This document shows, piece after piece, positions 24,352 to 36,690 of a DNA stretch of 64,000 bases. Where the stretch lies: positions 18,352,995-18,416,994 of the forward strand of contig OZ037765.1 of NCBI GenBank assembly GCA_964035545.1. Direction: 5' to 3'. The DNA is from Bugula neritina (taxonomy: Eukaryota; Animalia; Bryozoa). Position 1 is the first letter of the stretch. The number at the start of each line of letters is the position of its first letter. The notes beneath the pieces were generated by a model, which was not told where the DNA came from, made no database searches, and saw only the letters and a program-made list of their open reading frames with translations. Position numbers and translations under genes: made by a program.

Positions 24352-25983
24352 TTACACTTTCCCTTTAGCTTTTGAACTATGCATTTGGATTACTTGCTTT
24401 TCTAGATTTCGATATCTTTTGGCCATTATATCATAAATTTCTTTGCTTCCTGGTGTAGGACTTGCCACACGTTGAAACTGTAGGCCCTTTTTCTTTAGCC
24501 TGTATGTGTACGGTAATTCATCAGTAGTGACTTTAACTGCATGCATTGCAATCATGGCAGCCCCCAGTGATGCAGAGTTGGCCACTTCTTGGGTGTAAAC
24601 TGGTGCATTGAAAATGTCGCTCATGATTTGTAGTATAGCACTATTATTGGAAGCACCACCGGTGGCTAGAATTCTACAACTATCCAAGTTAAAACCCATG
24701 TTTTCAGCATGAATTCTTCGTGAAAGAAATTGACTTTCAATTATTGCCCGAACATGCTCAGCAGAAGAGAAATCTTGAACTGGCCTGTCTGAGGAGTCAA
24801 AATAATAAAATCCCTCAACATTTCCGGGTATTATTTCCGCAATGGGAAAATAGAAGCCTATATTTCCATTGTTTCCAATTGGCTGCGAATTTAGTAGTTG
24901 CTCAAACTCAGTCCACGATTTGTTGTCTGTATGGCGATCTCGAACAAATTCTCGTGTCAAAGATCCATTTTTAAAGCATAACAGAGCCATATAAGCAGAT
25001 GTATCAACAGGGTTTACAAAAACATGCCCTTCAGTCTTCATTATAGGATCTTCCAACCATAAGAATACAACATCAGAGCTTCCTAGTGATACTGCAATAT
25101 CACTTTCCATAAGCCTCATACCTGCCAGTGATGCAGGGTTGTCTCCTGTAAAACTCACGATTTGGCAAGATGGTACAAATCCATACTTGTTCACAAAATA
25201 TTGTGATATAGATCCCTGAATACTAACTGATGGTACAGGATTACCCAACTTATCTGCTAAGTCTTTGCTACATGCATCAATTAGCTTGGGTTCCCAAGCT
25301 CTGGTCTTGATGTTTAACAGGTTCATTCCAGAGCCATCACTTTCATCTATCTCGCAATATGCACCACAGAATAATGTAGCTCCAAAGCTACTAACTAGTG
25401 ATATTCTCTCTGTATCTCTGTATGCATTTGGAGCGTTCTCTATGACTTTTAAGATCTGATTTCCAGTGAAGCGCTCATATGCTTTGGAACCAGTTATGTC
25501 AGCCAATGCTTGAGCTCCACCAGCTGCTAATTCAAGCTTTACACACTGCTCAGAGGTACTAGAATCCATCCAGATTGGAGAATCTGGTACACTAAAACTA
25601 TCCTCAAGCTGACTTTTTAAGCTAAGCTTGGAATTTAAGTTTTTTAGCATTTCTCCAGACCCATTCCTCCAGAAAACGCTACCATGTTGTTGCCCTGAAC
25701 CAGAAATAGCTTTTATCTTAGAAAAGTCAAAATTTGAATTTACTAATTTTCCTAGGATTACATCCACAGCTTCTACCCACATTATGGTAGGTGAAGTAAC
25801 AGTTAGGCCATCAGGTGAAATATGACATCCACTACTGGTGTTGTATTTTTCTAAGTCATCAAATTTGACAGATTCTTCCAGTAATATCTGGAGATTTTCA
25901 TCGATGACCACTAATTTTAGTTGTTGTGTGCTGAAGTCGAAACCCATATAAAGATCTTTATTTGAAGTTGATCCTGCAGCCAT
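24352..25983 (-). CDS. XYLB: Xylulose kinase (FGGY family, eukaryotic XYLB), single-exon CDS of 543 aa
   Basis: Uninterrupted ORF from the ATG at 25983 with GFDFSTQQLK, SGSGQQHGSVFW, SPIWMDSST, AYERFTGNQI, TGDNPASLAG, LCFKNGSLTRE, ATGGASNN. Confidence 0.96.
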   Translation of the reverse strand: MAAGSTSNKDLYMGFDFSTQQLKLVVIDENLQILLEESVKFDDLEKYNTSSGCHISPDGLTVTSPTIMWVEAVDVILGKLVNSNFDFSKIKAISGSGQQHGSVFWRNGSGEMLKNLNSKLSLKSQLEDSFSVPDSPIWMDSSTSEQCVKLELAAGGAQALADITGSKAYERFTGNQILKVIENAPNAYRDTERISLVSSFGATLFCGAYCEIDESDGSGMNLLNIKTRAWEPKLIDACSKDLADKLGNPVPSVSIQGSISQYFVNKYGFVPSCQIVSFTGDNPASLAGMRLMESDIAVSLGSSDVVFLWLEDPIMKTEGHVFVNPVDTSAYMALLCFKNGSLTREFVRDRHTDNKSWTEFEQLLNSQPIGNNGNIGFYFPIAEIIPGNVEGFYYFDSSDRPVQDFSSAEHVRAIIESQFLSRRIHAENMGFNLDSCRILATGGASNNSAILQIMSDIFNAPVYTQEVANSASLGAAMIAMHAVKVTTDELPYTYRLKKKGLQFQRVASPTPGSKEIYDIMAKRYRNLEKQVIQMHSSKAKGKV

Positions 25984-26029
25984 TTTTATTTTCAAAATCC
26001 TTTGATTTACTTGTAGTTTTACTTTTGCC

Positions 26030-26390
26030 TTTTAACGTCTCGGTCTTCAAATTTGTGAATTTTCACTTCAGTCAAATAATACGCTGCAAATGCTAACAAT
26101 AAATTTTTGCAAACAAAGCGATTGACATTAGCCTTAGCCTTGAAATGTAGCAAGTTAGAGTTATAGTTGACTAGCTAGGCTAATAGTGATACTATTACGG
26201 TCATCATTCGGCTTGGTCTCAGACTTGAGAGGAAATACCTTTTGGCACGCCTACTTTGTTGCCAAAGAGCAAGAAAAAAACGTTGAGGGCTTTTCTAGTA
26301 ATCTCATTATTGTTTTACGAGTTCGCCGTCAAAAACAACAGTTGTTGTCATCACTCAAACTATGTCATGAACATATACATATAATCTTGT
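26030..26390. promoter_or_regulatory. Putative bidirectional promoter / 5' regions between XYLB and the SLC2A gene
   Basis: Start codons diverge 1.2 kb apart (25983 / 27182); locally more CpG. Candidate non-coding exon donor gtatgt at ~26389 and acceptor ttttatag at ~27031. Positional inference only. Confidence 0.45.
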
Positions 26391-27181
26391 ATGTGTAACT
26401 AATGAACTTATATTTCATTTCAGTGAATGTGTCTAACTAAAGCCACTGAATATCAATATTAATAGAGATTTAGGACTTTATGCAAAACTGAAACCTTAGC
26501 GAACTTAACCGGTAATAATTACATGCATTTGAAGTGAAATAAAATAATTGACGAATAACATAACTATTATATTATGATTTATTGATTATATTTACATTTA
26601 TAATTCTCACTATCATTATGATTATGATAGTTTCATAATGATAATGATAAGTGATAGCAGTCACTGTTATCACCTATGGTAATACTAATAGTTACAGTGA
26701 TTATAATTATCACTATCATTAAATTTAATCATAGTCGTTAGCTTTTCTCATCTTGAAGCCTTTTTATTTTATTTTGTATTTTTTTCCACTGTGATGAAAT
26801 TTGATACTAAATAGTTTTTATAATTCATATTAATATTGTAGATTTTTATACAAACTATAATGTTAACACCAAATATCAATTTTAAAGTTTTCAGTATTAA
26901 GATATTTTATCAACCCAACAACTTAAAAGATAATTAATGATCACATAAATTGTGTTACCACGCATGTTATATTACTTGTGTCAAGTGTGATTTGTATTTT
27001 GTGTATAATGTGTGGCTTCTCTTTTTTATAGCAAGGCTGAAGGAAATGTTCTTCTAGATGGAAATAGTCTACATTCAATAAACTAAATTACTAAATATGC
27101 AATAGCTAGCTTCACTGTGCTGGGCTTGTATAATGTTACTTCAACTAAGTCATATCGGGAAAATGATAAGTCGGTAACACC

Positions 27182-30100
27182 ATGTCATATTCAACTGTAG
27201 CAGCTTCTTTGGTCGCTGCTTCTGGAGGAATTTTATTTGGCTATGACATGGGTGAGACTGGCAGTGTTATATATAGTATTATATTTGTCTTGTCACCAAT
27301 CACCATGATTCTCTTTATTACTGTTTTACTATGTTCCATGCTTGTCTATTGTCTAGCTGTGTGATTGTAAAAGAAAATGTCACAATCACACATTCACACA
27401 CATTTCACAATTTTTAGGGATAATATCAGGAGCTTTACTGCAATTACGGGAAGAATTTAAGCTGTCTTACTTGATGCAAGAAGTCATTGTATCTAGTCTG
27501 TTATTTGGAGCTATTATTTCCTCATTATTTGGAGGTAAACACTGCACCTCTTTTTTTATTTTAATGGTGAAGGTTATTGGTTCTAGAAATGTTTGAGTTG
27601 GTGAATGCTTTCACCTCCAATACATTGTCTCCCAATATTACATGGTTTAAATGCTTTATATTTTATATATGCAAAATAATATGAAACAGTCTAATCAAGT
27701 TTTCATGTGCTTTAAATGTTTGTATATGGAATAAATAATTGTTTTCTCGGCTTATAACATCCATTTGACATTACTTTTATATAATATTGATACAAAAAAA
27801 CCCTAAGCTTTCAGGCTCAGAAGTTGTTTGTGTTTTGAATCTTTATAAATTATGTACTTGAAAATATTGATATTCATACAAGTATACACTTTTCAAAAAG
27901 AACTGTCACAGTGCATTATATTAGAAACTTGAATATTAATAATCAAGAGCGAATTATCTAGAAATTATGCTTCAACAAGTAAAATATTTATCACGGTGTC
28001 TCACTATTCTACATTGTTTTATTCACAATTTTAAATTTTGCTGCATAGCTGCTCATTTATTTGTTCAGGTTAATGAAATTATTTTTTAAAATAGAAACTG
28101 TTTATTTTTTTATGAAAACTGTTACTTATGTATTGATATCAACAGTCTGCACATATAACATGCTTTTCATTGATTGTGCTGAATACATTTATAATGCAGG
28201 TACCGTGATTGATGTTTTGGGTCGAAAGTTTACTATGATAGGAAATTGCTTAGTGTTTGCTACTGGCGCCCTGATTTTATCTTTCACGCCATCTGTGACA
28301 GTCTTGGTAACGATTATATGCATATCTCTGCTCATATACAATTCATATCTAGTTGTAATTATTTCTGTAAATGAGTGTAAACTGTAAAGAACTTTATTTG
28401 ATTGACAAAACTAATGTACAGTTTTGATAATAAAATACTTATTTAAAACATTTAGTTGTATCAATTTCTAGCTGAAATTATTACTGATTTCTACAGGTAC
28501 ATGTCATTATATTTCATTGTGTTGTCAAATGTAACAACAGATCAGTACACTTTACTAATACATATTGGCAGGCTACTCAATACCTATGTGGTAATGTATA
28601 GAATGTGTTGTGCCCTTTGGACTATGTCCTCAGCTTGCATGTGTATTGTGGCCAAATCCTGTGTTTTTGCTATTTTAAAATGTCTGCTATGCTAAGGCTT
28701 ACGGCTTCCAAGTTTTGTGGCAGATTTCTGCCATGTTTCTCTTGGTTGTATGACATGGTATTTTATAGGTATTTGGAAGGGTCTTGCTGGGTTTTGCTGT
28801 TGGACTTTCTGTGGTTGCTGAATGTGCTTACATAACTGAAATCTCAAACCCGGTATGTATGGCTATACTTGTATGGCTATGCTTGCTAGGATTTTACAAC
28901 TTGTGGTACATTTTATTATGTGAGGGTAGTGTTGTAATTACCCAGTAGTCTCTGTGGTGTGATGGTTAACGAGCCTGCTAGCAAACCCGGAGGTCTCAGG
29001 TTCAAATTCCAGTGGAGGCAAAATTATTTTATAATGAGTATCTGGAATTATTTCTGTAATTTAATGTCACAGCTTTAAAGATAATAAATTGTTATTAAAA
29101 CTCAGTTAAAATAATCTCATCACTATTTATTTATATTTACCTGTGTTTTCATTCTTCAAGTCCATAGTCAGTCTAGTTATTTTACTCAATATACAATCTT
29201 GTTTCAGTAACACTGCCACTGCTATTTATGAAAGTCACTCAGAATACTCAAATCATACTAATTTCTAGGAAAAGTTGCTTTTTTACTATTTTTACTGCAC
29301 CACCTGACACTTATAGAATATTGAGATCTGATGGCTTCTAATCCTAATTAATCTAAGTTCCAGGCCTAATTCAAATAGCATATCTATTGATTGAATTATC
29401 TATATAGCTTTGAGTCTACAATAAGTTTTGGTCATATGCATCTGATTAGAATCTTCTATGTAGATCGAGTTGCAACTAAGTCATTTCTTACCTACTTAGA
29501 AATAACTTGATTAATTTTTAAATTAAAAGGTGCCGCATAGCAAATTGAATAAGTGATTCACATAAAGAAATTCAAGCTCTAGCAAGTATGTGTTCAGTTT
29601 GCATACTGTGGGTATATTTCCATATTGTAGCAACACAGAGGAAAGCTGGTGTCTCTCACAGAAGTTGCCATAGCCTTAGGTTTTCTCATGGCCTACTTCA
29701 TCAACTACCTCTTCATTCTAATACCCCATGGATGGTAAAATAAGCAGTCTATTTTCTGTGTCTGTTCACAATTATTACATAATGCATGTACAGATTAATA
29801 GTACCAGCACTATATTGTAGTGAAATCTGCTGGTGAACTGCTAATAATAATATTCTTATAATTTTATTAATATCATTGTATAAATATGTTGTGTGTTGAT
29901 TTCCCAACCTAATTAATCCATGTTCTGTTACTGTATAACTAGTAAAGCATCCATATATGGCATTAGCTATTTTTTGTTTAGTCTAAGTTCATGTTTTAGG
30001 AGGTTTATGTTTGGGATCTCAGCTATATTTGCATTGGGTCAGGGTTTTGCTTTACTCTTTGTCCCTAAATCTCCGAGGTTTCTTATTATCAAGAATAAAC

Positions 30101-31090
30101 CCATAGAGGTACTAGACATTAACTCACCACTCTATTATCTGTCAATAGTATTTGCACACTGATTCACCATCAGCTTGCTTACATTAGCTTTCAATAAAGT
30201 TGTAGCAAATTTATTGCTGAATACACTGTTTTAATGTTTTGCAGTCAAACTTACATTTCTTTCAACAGTGTGCAAAGAAAAAAGAAGTAAAATAATTGAT
30301 CTTTTTCGTAGGCGTTGCAGGTTCTGAGAAGGTTGAGATCTGACGAAGATTCTGCCAATCAAGAGTTATCTGCTCTAAAGCATCACCTATCTTCAGAGCA
30401 GGTTAATATTTTACTACATATCGCTTTACTAATAAAACCAGGTAACTTGTATTATTCATCTTCTACAGGTGCTAGCAGGTGCAAAACTCTTATTTTGACT
30501 GATTTTATCAGGATTTTATTTTTACTTGGTGTGTTTATGTATTCCTAGAGTTTAGGCTGGAAGGAGTTGTGTTCCCAGAAGAATAATCTGTGTTATCGGC
30601 TGGTTATAGGGCTTGGCTTGGCGTTTCTTCAGCAGGTGAGTTGTAGTTTGTCATAATAACTAACACGTTAGAGTTATGTATTTTCTGTCTCTGTGCCTGA
30701 TTGTAAGAGCTAACGTTTAGCTTGTGTCTACTTAAATATACATAACCAAATACATAAATATATATTGCCCCATAAATTCTTCAGTTATCTATCTTAAATT
30801 TTAATAAAATATTATTTAGCAATATATTTTTAATTTTCAACATATTTAATTAAATATTATGTCTGAAAACAAGTTTATACTTTTCTCTTATCAAAGTTGT
30901 CTAAATTGCATGAACTAGTTGAGGATAACTAGCTGCTCTAGTAATGCATGCAATGTTTATATCTTATATATGTCTTTATCGTGGTGAAATTATTTGCAGT
31001 ATCTAAATAAGGCATATTATCGAGTTTAATTATAGTTATTTGACTTCGTTTGCCTACTCATTTTACTAATTCTACAACACACGCACACGC

Positions 31091-31127
<37 letters not shown>

Positions 31128-34100
31128 CGCGCGCACAATGCTGTGACAACTCCTTTAAAGGTTTGATCAAGATGGATTGTTTTCTTGCAGGCATCTGGAC
31201 TTCCAACCATTCTCTATTACGCTCCAGTTGTACTGAAACAAATTGGATTTTATTCTAACCAATCGGCAACCTTGGCCACCATAGGTGCTGGGGTAACTAA
31301 GGTTAATGCTTCATCTCATATTAATTTTCCTTTTGTCAGAATATACACACTAATGGCTCACTCCCATTACTTCTGCTCCTTGTGGGCTATATTATGTATC
31401 CGTGTGGTGTAGTGTGGTAGCGAATTGTACCCACATGAAAGTATCAAGTGAGGACACCAGCTCAGTCTCAAAACAGACTCACTAAGTTTCCTGCAATTTT
31501 TCTTGTTGAGTAATGCTTAAAGGGAATCAAAAGCTTAAAATGATGACGATTCAATAAAGCAGGTGAATTTCATGTGTAAGGATTTGTACATTGAAATTTG
31601 CTCTTTTCAATTCTCTACATTATCTCTATTAACAACATCCGTCCATTTATTTCGAATAAGAATTTGCTTCTTTACCTTTTTACAATTATTCAAGATACAC
31701 CTTACTTACTTACTCCATTCAGTGTCAATATTCTGAAACATGTAACTTGCTACAGCAGCAGCTCAAAGTTGTCATTCACCTTTTCAAAAATTCTTTTTCC
31801 TGCAAGCCAGGAATGGAGATTATAAATCAAAGTATAGAAATTATGTTTTCATGCAGACTTAATACAAACTCAGACTAAACAAGCTGCTACATAGCCATAG
31901 TTTTATTGTAATAATTTTTCTATTGCATGGAATTTGAATGTTTTAGATATTGTTGATATTCTTCCTATAATGTTATGTGTTCTGTTGATTGTAGGCAGGC
32001 GTTACTCAAAACAAAATACTGGATGTAATAAAAACAATGACTGTATTGTACTAGACTTTTGTAGATGGTAGCTGTTTGCATATCACTGTGTGCTGTGGAC
32101 AGGATTGGAAGGAAAAAGCTGTTGACAATTGGTACAGTTTTGATGGCTCTTTGTCTATTCTGTGCATCTGCCCTCAACCGTCCCGCTAGTGTTCAGTGCC
32201 AAGAGTAAGAGAATCTTCTAGAGCTTTGTTTGTACAGATCATCTACTCTCAAATATTTACCTTAGTTAAATTTTAGTGAAACTAGTCAAGTGTTTGTGAA
32301 GTAAAATGGACCTGCAAGTTCCTCTATAGTCTATACTATGTATTGTGTTGTAGAGATGCGAGTTCCTCTATAGTCTATACCATGTACTGTGTTGTAGAGA
32401 TGCGAGTTCCTCTATAGTCTATACCATGTACTGTGTTGTAGAGATGCCAGTTCCTATATAGTCTATACCATGTATTGTGTTGTAGAGATGCGAGTTCCTC
32501 TACAGTCTATACCATGTACTGTGTTGTAGAGATGCCAGTTCCTATATAGTCTATACCATGTATTGTGTTGTAGAGATGCGAGTTTCTATATAGTCTATAC
32601 CATGTATTGTGTTGTAGAGATGCGAGTTCCTCTATAGTCTATACCATGTACTGTGTTGTAGAGATGCGAGTTCCTCTATAGTCTATACCATGTATTGTGT
32701 TGTAGAGACAATTGTGGTAGTAATGGGGAGAATATAAACTTTACTGACAATAAATATGTCAGTAATGCCACTACAGAGCAAGTGTCTGCAAGTCTTCCAG
32801 TCTCAACATGCCTATCCTTGGTTTGCATGCTGTGTTATATAGCTGCTTACAGCATCAGTTATGGACCAGGTCTGGCTTAACATGCATGTAAACAGTATTC
32901 AATGGGCAGGGCATTCATACGCATTTCTCTAAAATCGTTATCTGTACACAAGGACAGTCATAGCTTGAAATTGAGGAAAGAGTCCTGCTAATTTTATTTG
33001 AAAATTTATTTTATTTGGGCTATCGATATGTTTCATAGTACAAAAAGAGCATGTTATTTGATCTAGTCATAACAGTTATGATTATTTAAACAAATATTTT
33101 AGTTTTACAACTGGTAACTATTATATTGTGTTGCATCTTTGTGTAGACTTCTTTTGAATTCTTCAATCAGCCACGTTAATAATAACTGTATTAAAGCTGT
33201 TATTGTACATAATATTTTGTTGAACACTATTTGACTTTCTTAGGAGCTTGAAATGTTTTTAGTTTTGTTTTGAATTGCTCACATCTTTTTATTTTGTATT
33301 CTTGAACTTTTATAAAGCAATGACTCTATTTTTCATTTTTTTACTTTGCATTTCCTGACTAATCATTGTAAAAGCTGTATACTGTTTTAGTAACGTGGCT
33401 TTTGCTGAGCGAGATATTTCCATCATCCATCAAAGGTAGATCCATAGCCTTGGTTGTTGCCGCTAATTGGACCTTTAATCTGGTTTTCTCATTCACTTTT
33501 CTTGACTATTTAGGTAAAAATTTAATATTATGTTTTACTAATACATACTGATCAGTAACAAATATTGGCTCATTTTAAGTTGTGTTGTCATCTTGGTGTA
33601 TAGGTTTTTTTCCACACTTATTAAATGAAGATTAATTTTAACAACTTGTATATCTTTGAATTCGTCATGTTAAATACTTGCACATGTAATGCCTTTTGTG
33701 CATGGATCTGTGTGGAGATTCAACTGTTTGCTCATCATAAAACTTACCAACGTAAAGTGGTTGGCAGAGATTTACTAATTCTTCACTAAGAAAGTTTTCT
33801 CTAAGGATTTTGTTAACTTTGCAATTAGCTATTTAGTATTACCTGTTCTTATTTACAACTATAGCAAATCTCTTCATATATATGATGCAATGTGAGCTGC
33901 TGGCTCATTGCTACCCCCCCCCCCCCTCCCCCAAATCAAAACAAAGATTGCAATGGAAATGAGCCTAAACTTATGTTTTGTATTGGCAGCATTGCTGATC
34001 TAAAGCTTTTTGGAAAGAATAGTGTTTGCATATTTTTCTAACACTCAGTCAGCCTCAGTTTTCTTGCTGCTAAATCACCTGTTCTGTCTTCTGGTGTTAC

Positions 34101-35597
34101 TCTGAAGAGGCATCCTCAGCACCTTGTTTTGTGTGTAACTAGTTGGCTAATTGTAGAAAGGACTGGCATCATGTGGACATTCATTACATATGGCATAGCT
34201 TGCTCTATCGGACTGTTATTTGTTCTAACTGTGGTGCCTGAGACTAAAGGAAGAACCTTAGAAGAAATTGACAGCAATCTAAACAAACTGTAAGTGTCAG
34301 ACTCGGGTGATACGATGTCTTAAAGTTACCAAATTTATTTTTATATCTTTAGGGGCTCAATTTATAGCATAAAATATATCATTAAAAACGACAGGTGCAC
34401 CTGTAAGAAATTAAAATAAGTCACATAGCTTGTAGACACTAATAAAAAATGATGATTATAAAAATTTTTCAGTGTATGACATAATAAATTTTCTGATTTT
34501 TCGTGGTTTTTGTTAGTGTTTGCTTTTATTTCTAGATCTGTTTTTCGAGAACTCAAGTTACGATGTGCCCCCTCTGTCTGCGCTGATTCTGGTAGCCAGA
34601 GAGCTAGTTATGAGCCTTTGAGTCAGGGGCTGTTACCAGAGCCCGCACTCCCTACTTCTTCTGCAGACAGTCATACAGAGTCTGTAAGTGTTGCTCTTGT
34701 GCTTACTTCAGTTAAATTATCTGTTTGTACTCAGTTAATGCGCTTCTACTGCTGGTATAAGTGATAATCTTAATACTAGTATGAGTGAGGATCTCACCAA
34801 TAGTGTGCCTTAGTCAAATGCAGACCATGGTTGCAAGGGGGTGGGACTGTAAGTTTCAGCACTGCTCAACTATAGTGCAACAGCTTCTAGTGGACAGATT
34901 CTAAACATCAAATATTCAATGGAATAAACATTCATTGAATACTGCAAATTTTCATTTATTGTTTTTAATTTTGTAAAACGTTAGAAACTTTTATTTCGTT
35001 ACTTCAACAGAACATCAGAGTTTTAAAACTTTCACAGCAGTGTAAGTGTTATTCCTGATTAATTTATAATGATGTTTAATTTTGAGGTGCATCTTCATTG
35101 TTCATTTATATTTACATTAGGATATGTATACGCATACACACTATAGTGATAATTAATAATTACAATAAGTATTACCTGTGGCTTTTTGGATAACAGATGG
35201 TAAGATCTTAGAAATGTGTGATAACTGCACATCAGCAACCGCTATTAAATTTTCTCAAATATTTGAAGAGTTAAGTCACCTTTGGTTTAGCTGTTCTCAG
35301 CTCAGATATAAACTTATGCTTGCATTTGCTTTGCGTGTTTTAGTATTTTTGTGAGTCTAATTTAGTTTTACTTGCATTAACTATTTCATTTCTCATTAAT
35401 AAATTCTTAGATTGATGTAGTGACAACTCCAGAGCTGCTAATTGTTCTGCTGCAATTAACTTTGTTATTCGTATTACGTAGCTTCTTGTTAACCAAAACA
35501 TTTTAAACAATTGAATAAACATGTAAACAGAGTGCTTATGCATGGTAATTTTTCGTGGAATAATTATCTTTGTTTATATATGTTACAGGCCATTTGA
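27182..35597 (+). CDS. Facilitated sugar transporter, class III GLUT (SLC2A10/SLC2A12-like), MFS sugar porter
   Basis: Motifs GGILFGYDMGIISGALLQL, DVLGRK, GRVLLGFAVG, YITEISNPQHRGKLVSL, PKSPRFL, LQQASGLPTILYYAP, DRIGRK, SYGPVTWLLLSEIFP, VPETKGRTLEEI. Exons: 27182-27251, 27418-27534, 28200-28306, 28769-28852, 29631-29734, 30000-30108, 30312-30401, 30549-30635, 31191-31301, 32065-32204, 32706-32869, 33391-33513, 34157-34289, 34536-34683. Tentative last coding bit 35589-35597; the alternative is read-through to the stop at 34764. Confidence 0.9.
28948..29020 (+). pseudogene. Degenerate tRNA-like sequence (tRNA pseudogene or head of a second SINE family), intronic
   Basis: 73 nt with A box TGGTGTGATGG, B box GGTTCAAATTCC and acceptor-like ends GTCTCTG/TGGAGGC-A; anticodon and T stems pair poorly. 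Confidence 0.6.
31077..31136. repeat. (CA)n / (CACG)n microsatellite
   Basis: Seen directly. Confidence 0.95.
32313..32708. repeat. 44-bp minisatellite, 9 copies; the last unit supplies the splice acceptor of exon 32706-32869
   Basis: Unit agatgcgagttcctctatagtctataccatgta(c/t)tgtgttgtag; AG ends at 32353+44n up to 32705. Confidence 0.96.
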
Positions 35598-36437
35598 TTA
35601 GAAATCTCGTAGAGCGTTTGTTTAGTCAGCTAGTTCCATGAGAAAAGAAGTGACATGACTGTTTCTATTCATTCGTGGTAAAGCAATCAGCAATTATTTC
35701 ATTCTATATTTTCTCAGATAGTGAATCTTATTTCTTTAAGTTAGATATAATTGTGCATTATATGGTGCTTTAATATTTAGGTTTTTGTCCCAAATTTCTA
35801 CTTTCATTTTTCAAAGAGTTTATACTTACTTCTACATTAGCAGTTTAGTCGTTGTAGAAAACATTTTGTTTGATTTTTTAATCTCATTCATCATTTGTTT
35901 TTTTTTATTCTATTTGCTACAGACTATATATCTTCATATGCATCACAATCTAAATTATAGTTTTTATGAAGCTTTTTGCGAACTTCAATTTGTTGTATTT
36001 ATTTTAGTCTCAGCTAATAAATTTCTAAATACTGTCAAATGTAACACCTGTGTTATATATTATAAATTTTGAACACCATTTTAGCTCTTCAGTTACAATT
36101 ATAAACTTTAACTATGTGGCTGTAAACTATTATATACCAGACACTATGACGTGGGCTACAACACTATGAATATGCGACTAGACTAGACTGTTAACTATAA
36201 CCATATAGTAATATGATATATTAGTATCATTGCTGTCATATGCAGAACCTGTATATGTAATTAGAAAACTGAAAAATTATTGAGAAAAAAGACTTAAATT
36301 CCATATTTATATATAAATTAAAGGAAGGCAAAGGTATAATTTTAACAAACTAATGATACCTTGTACACCCTTTTTGTAGCTCTATTTATGTTATTATTGT
36401 GTGCAGAGTACCATATTTGTTGAAATGAATAAGTCTC

Positions 36438-36690
36438 AAGATCTTTAATGATTCAAAAACATGTGCTAGCTGAGAGAAGACATTATTTATAATGTATGTT
36501 TCATATAATTATTGTAACATCTATAATGTCTAATGATGCAAAAACGTGTGCTTACTGGAAGAACGCATTAGCAATTATGTATATAATCTGCAATTATTGT
36601 AACATTTAAGATTTTAATGATACAAAACATGTGCTAGCTGAGAGAAGACCTTGTTATTTATGTATAACATCTATAATTATTGTAGCATCA
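36438..36690. repeat. Degenerate ~85-bp tandem repeat, about 3 copies
   Basis: 'taatgat.caaaa(a)catgtgctagctgagagaagac' recurs at ~36447, ~36531 (diverged) and ~36615. Confidence 0.7.

Noticed and set aside
24720-25825. Antisense ORFs within XYLB (also 38267-38593 in the GPCR and 51432-52231 in the LINE)
   Set aside because: Short shadow frames of real coding sequence with no recognisable motifs.
24352-25995. Bacterial horizontal transfer or contamination as the source of intronless XYLB; ORF-track start at 25995
   Set aside because: The motifs are of the eukaryotic XYLB type and the composition matches the flanks. 25995 is a TTG; the first ATG is at 25983.
31400-31480. Another tRNA/SINE head
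   Set aside because: Only an A-box-like start is visible; there is no B box or body homology.
35340-36072. Hydrophobic short ORFs (also 1520-1795, 20513-20752, 28456-28835, 42027-42570)
   Set aside because: F/L/I/Y-rich translations are expected from AT-rich non-coding DNA; many start at non-ATG codons.
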